Source of the DNA: Bacteroidia bacterium
GTDB lineage: Bacteria > Bacteroidota > Bacteroidia > Palsa-965
Direction of reading: 5' to 3'
Assembly: GCA_025454955.1 (NCBI GenBank)
Contig: JALONL010000015.1
Span: 72,230-136,229 of the forward strand
DNA length: 64,000 bases
This document shows, one piece after another, positions 56,595 through 64,000 of the stretch; the first letter of the stretch is position 1, and the number at the start of each line of letters is the position of its first letter. Both the position numbers and the translations under genes were made by a program. The notes below the pieces were generated by a model. The model saw only the letters and a program-made list of their open reading frames with translations, had not been told where the DNA came from and searched no databases.

Positions 56595-56966
56595 CTATGT
56601 GGTTGAATTTATTTTCCACGAGTTTATAAGTAAGATAATTATTACCCCGGCCATAGCACCAGCCCATATTTGAAGTAAATCATTCATAGGCATTGCTTCT
56701 TGATTTTGCTGATACCAAACCATTCCAGTAAGGCAAATTAAGGGTAGCAACGTTACAAATAAAGGCAATGGCTGAAATGATTTCATAAATTTTGAGAGTA
56801 GTAAAAATAATCCAATCCCACCTATGAAGGAGGGGTAAATCATAGGCAAATTCGGTAATGACAGTGGCCAAATCATAAAGCAAAACGTAATTAACACTGA
56901 TGATACCAAAAGTACCACGTATCCAATAGGTGAATGTGAAGCTGGAGAAATCGTTTTTGTTTTCAT
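56595..56966 (-). CDS. Small four-TM membrane protein
   Basis: Hydrophobic ORF; start reassigned to MKTKTI to avoid overlap. Confidence 0.6.
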   Translation of the reverse strand: MKTKTISPASHSPIGYVVLLVSSVLITFCFMIWPLSLPNLPMIYPSFIGGIGLFLLLSKFMKSFQPLPLFVTLLPLICLTGMVWYQQNQEAMPMNDLLQIWAGAMAGVIIILLINSWKINSTT

Positions 56967-57015
56967 GTGCTTTAATAATGAGGTTAGTATTTCTTGATAT
57001 ATTTTTTTATGTATG

Positions 57016-57483
57016 TCAAGGCGTTTTATGAAAGTATAATTCACAATAAACGCTATCAGTATTTTGAGGAGCTTGGTTTCTATACCCTCTCGTTCTTAAT
57101 GCAAGTGAATCATCTGAAATATACTTTATGTAAAAAAGTGAATCACTAAATTCAGAACAGGTATCATAACTTAAAATAATTCCACCATTAATCTCCCTAT
57201 ATGTTGTGTGATAAATTTCACATTCTGTGATCGAATTACCGACAACCGCATTCATTGCAACAACCGCATTCCCTTGACTTGGTAGGTATAAAAAGCGTCC
57301 CGTTCTATACATTAAAGGATAGTCATTGCCGCCAATTTCATATTTACCACCTTTATAGTACCAGAATTTATGAAGACGATTAATAGCTGGTGTTGAGTTT
57401 GTTTGTATTGGCTCTACTTCATCATTTCGTTTGCATCCAAACAGAATTATGGTGAGCATGAATGATACTATGATATATTTCAT
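57016..57483 (-). CDS. Lipoprotein (lipocalin-like fold possible)
   Basis: Lipobox LFGC followed by KR; FWYY.GG.Y, Y.S.DSL.LRTRG motifs. Confidence 0.75.
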   Translation of the reverse strand: MKYIIVSFMLTIILFGCKRNDEVEPIQTNSTPAINRLHKFWYYKGGKYEIGGNDYPLMYRTGRFLYLPSQGNAVVAMNAVVGNSITECEIYHTTYREINGGIILSYDTCSEFSDSLFYIKYISDDSLALRTRGYRNQAPQNTDSVYCELYFHKTP

Positions 57484-57540
57484 TGTTGTATTTGTTGAAG
57501 GTTTAAAAAAATAATTAGGTTTTACGCCCGTATTTCAATC

Positions 57541-58007
57541 TTAATTTTCAGCATAGAAGTAGTACTCATAATATATGCTATCAGGATTATTATTCATATT
57601 ATTATGAGCAATACCGCGTGTTCGTAATACTAACGAGTCTTGAGATAAATAAGTGACATATAGTAATGAATCTGTTAATCCTGGTAGGCAAGCATTATAG
57701 CGCAAATAAATTTTATCGTTGAATCTTCGATATGTCGTTTGATACACTGAACAACCCGACGGTGTATTTGTAAATAATTCGGCTAAACCAACATTGGCTA
57801 TACCTTCAGAAGTCAGATGCAAGAATTGATTTGGGGGATTTAAAAGAGTATCTGTGTAATTTCCCCATTCGTAATGTCCTCCTGTATAATACCAGAAATT
57901 GCATATCAAATCAGGAACGGGAGCAGGAGTTGATAACGAGGGTTCAATTTCTTCTGTTCGCCTACAACTGATTTGTAAAGCGATTGGGTTAGTGATAATT
58001 TAGGCAT
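57541..58007 (-). pseudogene. Paralogue of the 57016-57483 lipoprotein with a broken signal peptide
   Basis: Frame contains LQISCRRTEEIEP...FWYYTGGHY...LRTRG, but an in-frame TAA (58002-58000) lies 12 codons upstream of the Cys; the nearest ATG (58007) is out of frame by one base. Confidence 0.6.
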
Positions 58008-58066
58008 GGGCGTGGCCGGGGATGATAGTTCGTCCCATTTTTAATCATGATATGGTTTGTTATTGG

Positions 58067-59005
58067 TTAGTTACTCCAGTAGATTTTTTGAGAGAAATGG
58101 AGACCTGATGGATGGGTTAGTTTAATCAAATACACTCCTGTATTTTGAAGAGAGTTTGGAAACGATGAACCCGGTTTCACATCATTAATTTTTGAAATGC
58201 TTCTTCCTGTGAGATCAAAAAACTCTATACTTATTGGTGTTTGATCGTTTAGGTTTGATTGTAAAGTGAATTGATTTTGATTTACTGAAAGCAAATAAGG
58301 ATTAAAAGTATTTATTGTTGATGCTGAATTTTGAACAGAATTAGGAGGTGGCATTTGTGAACAATTATTGCCATAAATCTGTACACCGTTTTGACTATTA
58401 CAAACTAAGCTATAAGATGGGTCGATTGAACATGAAATTATGCTTATGGGTTCTTCAATTGAGCCAACACCTTCAATTAAATAAAGTGAAGATGGATAAG
58501 CCTGATTATTTGATGTAAGGTAAAATCGTTTTGTATATCCGAATCCAAGTAAAACGGAATCAATATAACTAACCTGAAAGCCATATACACCAGTGCATAC
58601 ACTTGAATTAATGAACATATATATCATGTCGCCGAGGTTTAAATTGAAATTGTATAATGGTATGTCTGCATTTCCGTTCCACATTAAAACTACTTTATTT
58701 GGTATTTCCTCTCTCAAACAATAAATAGTGTCTAAAATCGGATTACCATTTTGCTTAATAATTTTCTTGTAGCCAATATTATTTATAGTTGTGTCACCTA
58801 TTGTTGTGTATGAATAATAATTATTAAGATTAAAAAATGTAACATTTACATTCCAATAAGATTCATTTAAAAAGGGGTGATATACAGATGTCTGAGATAT
58901 ACCCAAGTTTTGAAATAGTCCCAAAAGTAGAACCAATAAGCTGGTGTTTAAAATTGATCTCTTTTTAGACTCAATAAGTATATTAGAATTATAAAATAAG
59001 TCCAT
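58067..59005 (-). CDS. Secreted protein with degenerate T9SS type A CTD
   Basis: GDTTINN.GYKKI, LYNFNL.LGD, LIEGVGS motifs; tail FDLTGR...GVYLIKL. Confidence 0.75.
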   Translation of the reverse strand: MDLFYNSNILIESKKRSILNTSLLVLLLGLFQNLGISQTSVYHPFLNESYWNVNVTFFNLNNYYSYTTIGDTTINNIGYKKIIKQNGNPILDTIYCLREEIPNKVVLMWNGNADIPLYNFNLNLGDMIYMFINSSVCTGVYGFQVSYIDSVLLGFGYTKRFYLTSNNQAYPSSLYLIEGVGSIEEPISIISCSIDPSYSLVCNSQNGVQIYGNNCSQMPPPNSVQNSASTINTFNPYLLSVNQNQFTLQSNLNDQTPISIEFFDLTGRSISKINDVKPGSSFPNSLQNTGVYLIKLTHPSGLHFSQKIYWSN

Positions 59006-59062
59006 CTTTTTGTTAATTGAATTAATAAAATATTGGATTTACTTAATAAGAAGATCGTTATA

Positions 59063-60187
59063 CTACCGCACCAGAAGTAATTTACTCTGATGTAATACTT
59101 CACCTTCTTTGCGAATAACAGCCATATAAATACCGGCAGTTAATTCGTTCAGGGCATAATTCCCAGAATCATTACCCGATCTAAACACAGTTCGCCCACG
59201 CATATCGTACAACACCAGTTCAGCACCTGTTGGGAAACTAACTATTTGCAAGGGGTGCCCGATTTGCAACACCGTAGGTATGAAATAAGGCTTCGGGATT
59301 ACTGTAACCGTAACAGAATCAACTTGTGAGCAACCGAGCGTATCGCTAACCGTAACGGTATAGGTTGTAGAGGTTTCTGGCTTCACAAACGGATTAGAGC
59401 AGTTAATACAACTAAGGCCAGCGGAAGGCTGCCAGTAATACGTAATGCCACCTGTGGCCTGTAACTGCGTACTGTCGCCCTGAGTAATACTAACATCTAC
59501 TCCAGCATTGGGTTCTGGAACAGCCGTTATTGAAATCATGTCCACCCAATAGTAGGCGTACGGTTGATTTGGTGAAGTTGCAGTATAAACCTGTGTCGTT
59601 TGCGCATTCGTCCACATATTACCCAGCACCAGAAACTGTTCTCCTCCCTGCGCGATGAATGAGCCTTCGATCTTCACCCAGTTGACGGTGTCGAATATCA
59701 CACTATCACAGGCGAAGGTGGGCGTTTTGCCAACAAAGTCGGCAGGGTTATAAGAGTATTCGATAGCACTGTCTGCAAAAAGGTAAATACTAATTCCGTT
59801 TGAAGCATAATCGGTGCGTTCAGGTTTGGAAACGTAGTAGCTGATGCAATACTTCCTACCCGCTACGAGCGGTTGCAGGAGTTTTGCGAGGAGCATCTCA
59901 CGTAAAATAGGATTTACATAAGTGGCAAATCCCACAAAGCCGAACCCATGAAATGGAACTTGGCTACCTATAACGTTATTGGTTGTAGGTGGACAAAGCC
60001 CCGGCATATAGACATCGCTAAAATAATCTGAGGAGTAAAGGGACTTCCATCCAATCGCCGGAAAATCCGGGTCAGGAGGATAACAGCAAACCGTATCCTC
60101 AAACGACGGATTAGGCACAAGATTGACCTGTGCGATGCCATATAGGTTCGCTGCAAAGATTATCAACATGAGCAATAGTTTTTTCAT
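59063..60187 (-). CDS. Secreted protein: CBM-like domain (NLVPNPSFE), Ig-like module, T9SS CTD
   Basis: Signal peptide; L..PL.AG.KYCISY; W.PSAGLSC..CSNP...P..STTYTVTV; YDMRGR...AGIY. Confidence 0.8.
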   Translation of the reverse strand: MKKLLLMLIIFAANLYGIAQVNLVPNPSFEDTVCCYPPDPDFPAIGWKSLYSSDYFSDVYMPGLCPPTTNNVIGSQVPFHGFGFVGFATYVNPILREMLLAKLLQPLVAGRKYCISYYVSKPERTDYASNGISIYLFADSAIEYSYNPADFVGKTPTFACDSVIFDTVNWVKIEGSFIAQGGEQFLVLGNMWTNAQTTQVYTATSPNQPYAYYWVDMISITAVPEPNAGVDVSITQGDSTQLQATGGITYYWQPSAGLSCINCSNPFVKPETSTTYTVTVSDTLGCSQVDSVTVTVIPKPYFIPTVLQIGHPLQIVSFPTGAELVLYDMRGRTVFRSGNDSGNYALNELTAGIYMAVIRKEGEVLHQSKLLLVR

Positions 60188-60195
60188 GTGAATTA

Positions 60196-60232
60196 ACCCG
60201 TAACCTTACCTAAAGGTAGTAAGGTTACGGGT
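60196..60232 (-). terminator. 14-bp hairpin between the two large minus-strand genes
   Basis: ACCCGTAACCTTAC / GTAAGGTTACGGGT. Confidence 0.65.
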
Positions 60233-60243
60233 ATTTTCAATTT

Positions 60244-63200
60244 TTAATCATTAAGTATAATACGCCCGGCATCCGTAAATTCGTTATTTACGAATATCCG
60301 GTACATATATACGCCCTGCGCGTAGCCCGACAAATCAAGCGGTGCAAGATTAGCCCCCGCGTAGAGCGGTACGCTAAATAAACGTTGACCAGTAAGGCTT
60401 AACACTTCCACAAAACCGGTCTGTTCCTCACCGAGCGTAATTTCTAACACGGCATCGCCGGTAGTAGGGTTCGGATAAACCCGGCTTGGATGAACCGGAG
60501 CAGTTGCAGCCTCCGTAGCCATACGTGCCTGTCCGTTATCAAAATCCAACACGTCCAGATCGAGCATTACCCGCGCATCGTAAACGGCAGTGCCACCGGT
60601 TTTTATGTGTTGCAGAGCAATGTTATAGAGTAGTGTAGAATCGAGCGGAGTAAACTCAATCACACCCAATGCCCAGGAACGCAGGTAAATTTGATACACC
60701 TGCTTACGGTTGTCTTCCATGAGCGAAGTAGTGCCCGAACTACTCACCAACTGCGAAGCAGTACCGTTGTTGCCTTGCGAAGTTTCGTAAGCGGCAATAG
60801 AAAGCTGTCCGGTAGCACTCTGATAAAGGCTGTCGTAATATACCTGCAAGACGGCATCGTAAGCCGTGCCTTTGTAGAGCAATGAACTGTCTTGCATTAT
60901 CTCGTAGAACGCCTGTTCGTCGTATGCCCTTAACTCATCTTCGTACATCCCATCAAACGGACTATTCCGCAAAGCAAGACCGGCCAATTTAGCCTGACGG
61001 CAGTTGGAGATATTACCGCCGCAATCACTGGCGCAGGTTTGGGGTGCGTTAGGGAATGCGCCAGTGAATGAATAAAATCCTGTCGGAAATTGAGAAACAA
61101 TTATGGGATTTGTTGTCGGCATTGTGTTTGATTGCACTGTTCGCGAATACCAATTCGCCGTTGGGCTACCTGTCTGATAAAGTGTTCTATGTGCATTAGG
61201 AAAACCAATAAATGTCCACACATTATCATGCACCACCCCATTACCAATAGTCGAACCCTGGTCGCCAATAAACGAACTGGTAAACCTTGCCCCCGCCATA
61301 TTCCACGTCATGGTATTGCAACTCATGGTAGCCGGGAAATTCCCCCCCCACGCAAACTCAATGCCTGTGCCGAGGCGCATTACCCCGTTATTGCTCACTA
61401 CCGAGTTAAGACAACCTGTTTGCATAGAAATACCATACAGATTATCGCGGAGAAGTACATCGTTGTTTGGGTTTTGACCACTACGCACAATGGCGTTACC
61501 ATCCACCGTAGTATTGCGACTGTTCTGCACACGAATACCGTATTCAGGTGTAGTTGGTGTAGCCGAGCCAAACCAAATAGAATTGGTTTCATTGATAAAG
61601 GCATCCTTGTACGAAGTTAGCCATACACCCGTTTTGCAACGGTAAATCGTGTTAGCATACACCTGTGTACTATCTGTGCTGCTTGTAGCAACGGCAGTTT
61701 GCAAACGGATGGCATTTGTGCCAAAATTGCTGTTGCTACCCGCGTTAAACCGGTTGTTGCCTATTTTGATTCCGCATTTATTCTGTTGTAAAACGCGAAC
61801 ACCATTTACAAACTTGTCAATGTCGTTTTCGCGTATCAGAATTGTACAATGGTCAGTGAGTTGAGTAACAAAACCTTGCACTACGTTAAATACTGTATTT
61901 GAATCAATGATGATTACACCCAATGTATCGCGTAGCACCCAAACACCTGCTGACGGAATTGAAGGGGTGTTGTTGTTTGTTAGGTTTTGGAATGTATTGC
62001 CGGTAATGTGAAGTGATGCTGCACCTTCGGCTTTCACACCTATGTTTACATCATTAAATGTAACCGCTTCGTATGGCAACCCGTTATTGTTGCGCATCCA
62101 CAAACGGCCAGCAACTTGGTGAATAGCTGTGCCAGTTGGAGGAGGATTACAGATTGCCGGATTAGTACAGTTATTTAATGAGCAACAAACAGGAATTGGA
62201 GTCGGTGCAGTAGTACGTTTAATGTTGTTCAACAACATATTTGTATTTACGACATTACTCCGTTCAATTTTCATCCCTACTTGAACTCCAAAAACGGTGT
62301 TTGCATTATTGGTACTTTGGGTAAAACCAGACTGACCAAAAATTATACTATCTACATCCGTAACCTCAATGCCATACAGCGTTCGAGTTCCAACATACGG
62401 AGATAGTGTAAGTGCTCCACCAGTAATGTGATTGAAATAAAACACACCGGGATGATAACCCGCATAAGGTTCTACGATTAGATTTCTGTAATTATTGAGC
62501 AGAGTAGATTTAATAATTGTGTATGGCGCACCACTCTGAATTGTCACCGCTTCAATCGCATCACGAATCACAGAACTATTGATTACTGTTATTGTTGCTG
62601 AAGGCTCTACAATAATTCCCTGCCACATACCAACACCACAGGCTTTGAGCATTGAATTGTCTATTGTAAGATTCGCGCCATTTTGAACAACGATTGTTGC
62701 ATTGGGAGCAAGCTGTACCGAATTTGTTCCGTTATAGTTAACAATACTGAAATTATTATTCACGTAAAACGTTCCGTTAATTCGCACAGGGACTGGTGTT
62801 GCAGCAAAACTGCTTCCGTAGCTATTGCTCTGCTGCTGGTCGATTGTATTAACCCCTGTAACAACCGGCGCACAGCACTGAAGCACATTGACAAAACCGG
62901 TGTCGGTATTGCCGCAACCCACTACCGGGTCGAAGTAATAATAATACACCGGAAATGTACCTGCACCAGTAAGTTGCGGATTAAACAAGTTGGTCGAAAC
63001 AGCATTACCAAAGAAATTACCGCCAGTAGGTAAGCCATAAGGTAACAAGTTAAGTGGAGAGCCATTGTCGCAAATGGAAGGCAGCGAACTGATTGTAACC
63101 ACCGGAGCAGGTGCATTGCTCAACATGATTTGAACTGTATCAGACGATAAACATCCGTTTGCATCCATTACGGTTGCAATGGCGGTAAAGGGAGCGGTTA

Positions 63201-64000
63201 TGCTTGGTGCAACCGGATTTGATACATTGCTTTGAATAAATGCCGAAGGTGGCGACCAACTGTATGTGTAGGGAGGTGTTCCTCCGGTAGCTGAAACGCC
63301 AAGATTTAACGAGCCTCCTGTACAGGCGATGAGCGTATCGGCTCCGGCATTAGCTACCGGACGCTGATTTACCGTAACGGTAAGAACACTGGTGGAAACA
63401 CAAGTACCTACATATTGCACACAGGTAAGCGTAAACGTTCCGGTGGCATTCACCTGAATACTGTTATTTGTGTTAGGCGTGGTTATGGTTGCGCCACCGG
63501 CCACTGTCCATAAATACGAATTGTAACCTGGAGGCACGGAGTATGCGGCATTGCCGGCACATATCACACTTGACCCTGCAATGGGGTTTGTGGTGATGAT
63601 GGGATTAACTACTACTGTACCGGTGTACACAACTACGTTGTTGGAAAGTACATTCACTGTAACCGTGTAAGCCCCGGTAGCTGTATAGGTAGCCGTGGGA
63701 TTTTGCAGGGTGCTGGTAGTGCTGTTTCCGAAATTCCACTGATAGGTGGGATTGTCAAAACAGCCCTGAATATTAAATTGTACCTGTCCGCAGTTGAGGT
63801 AGTTGTAACTTAGAATCGGATTGGGATAAGAAATTGGTCGAGCTTCAATAAGATTTGGCATACCTGTAAATCCACCTAAACCAGGCAAAGCGGCAAACTG
63901 TACTTGATTATACACATACATTGAAAGTGACGGATTGTTGGGATTATTGATGCAGCCCATAAACTGTCTATTTCTATGTGCAAAATATATCAAGCTATCA
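60244..64000 (-). CDS. Very large T9SS cargo protein (PKD, Ig-like, parallel beta-helix, type A CTD); 5' end outside the window
   Basis: Frame is open to the window edge (DSLIYFAH...INNPN resembles the end of a propeller domain); YQWNFGN..TSTLQNP PKD; N-rich beta-helix repeats; RVYPNP...QGVY.YRI CTD. Confidence 0.85.
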   Translation of the reverse strand, partial: DSLIYFAHRNRQFMGCINNPNNPSLSMYVYNQVQFAALPGLGGFTGMPNLIEARPISYPNPILSYNYLNCGQVQFNIQGCFDNPTYQWNFGNSTTSTLQNPTATYTATGAYTVTVNVLSNNVVVYTGTVVVNPIITTNPIAGSSVICAGNAAYSVPPGYNSYLWTVAGGATITTPNTNNSIQVNATGTFTLTCVQYVGTCVSTSVLTVTVNQRPVANAGADTLIACTGGSLNLGVSATGGTPPYTYSWSPPSAFIQSNVSNPVAPSITAPFTAIATVMDANGCLSSDTVQIMLSNAPAPVVTISSLPSICDNGSPLNLLPYGLPTGGNFFGNAVSTNLFNPQLTGAGTFPVYYYYFDPVVGCGNTDTGFVNVLQCCAPVVTGVNTIDQQQSNSYGSSFAATPVPVRINGTFYVNNNFSIVNYNGTNSVQLAPNATIVVQNGANLTIDNSMLKACGVGMWQGIIVEPSATITVINSSVIRDAIEAVTIQSGAPYTIIKSTLLNNYRNLIVEPYAGYHPGVFYFNHITGGALTLSPYVGTRTLYGIEVTDVDSIIFGQSGFTQSTNNANTVFGVQVGMKIERSNVVNTNMLLNNIKRTTAPTPIPVCCSLNNCTNPAICNPPPTGTAIHQVAGRLWMRNNNGLPYEAVTFNDVNIGVKAEGAASLHITGNTFQNLTNNNTPSIPSAGVWVLRDTLGVIIIDSNTVFNVVQGFVTQLTDHCTILIRENDIDKFVNGVRVLQQNKCGIKIGNNRFNAGSNSNFGTNAIRLQTAVATSSTDSTQVYANTIYRCKTGVWLTSYKDAFINETNSIWFGSATPTTPEYGIRVQNSRNTTVDGNAIVRSGQNPNNDVLLRDNLYGISMQTGCLNSVVSNNGVMRLGTGIEFAWGGNFPATMSCNTMTWNMAGARFTSSFIGDQGSTIGNGVVHDNVWTFIGFPNAHRTLYQTGSPTANWYSRTVQSNTMPTTNPIIVSQFPTGFYSFTGAFPNAPQTCASDCGGNISNCRQAKLAGLALRNSPFDGMYEDELRAYDEQAFYEIMQDSSLLYKGTAYDAVLQVYYDSLYQSATGQLSIAAYETSQGNNGTASQLVSSSGTTSLMEDNRKQVYQIYLRSWALGVIEFTPLDSTLLYNIALQHIKTGGTAVYDARVMLDLDVLDFDNGQARMATEAATAPVHPSRVYPNPTTGDAVLEITLGEEQTGFVEVLSLTGQRLFSVPLYAGANLAPLDLSGYAQGVYMYRIFVNNEFTDAGRIILND

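Larger units (their letters stand above)
56311..64000. mobile_element. Putative acquired island (left part strongly AT-rich) carrying lipoproteins and T9SS cargo; right end not in window
   Basis: Junction truncates the TBDR; hand-counted GC 32/60 in line 56221 vs 15/60 in line 56581; all genes on the minus strand. No integrase seen. Confidence 0.5.

Noticed and set aside
63991-63993. TTG start of the 1249-aa ORF
   Set aside because: The frame stays open to the window edge and there is no signal peptide, so the true start lies outside the window.

Overview
A 64-kb chromosomal segment of a Bacteroidota bacterium. The assignment rests on TAnnTTTG sigma-A promoter elements, type IX secretion (T9SS) cargo proteins and plug, and TonB-dependent receptors. 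The GC-rich backbone carries housekeeping genes (mazG, apaG, tig-clpP-clpX, folA, trxB, tRNA-Pro(GGG), acpH, tsaB) and many envelope genes. Accessory DNA interrupts it at four places. (1) An AT-rich putative type II restriction-modification pair lies next to trxB. (2) An AT-rich ABC/AAA-ATPase plus small PD-(D/E)xK-like protein pair is slotted between a TolC/adaptor pair and tsaB; it is a candidate unnamed anti-phage system. (3) A cassette of about 4.7 kb encodes an ECF sigma, putative anti-sigma, Spy-like protein, MbnP-like WxW protein, MbnH-like di-haem peroxidase and a T9SS-exported YHYH protein. It carries three copies of a CGAAGG-N15-TCGT(C/T)T promoter-like motif and is bracketed by two direct copies of a nested-palindrome REP-like element. 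(4) An AT-rich island from about 56.31 kb truncates a TonB-dependent receptor and carries paralogous lipoproteins and T9SS cargo genes. Other non-coding signals are a tandem REP-like double hairpin next to a duplicated desaturase 3' tip, an ArsR-type palindrome before arsM, and an FNR-like box at an activator position. All family assignments come from motif recognition by eye; no database search was run.
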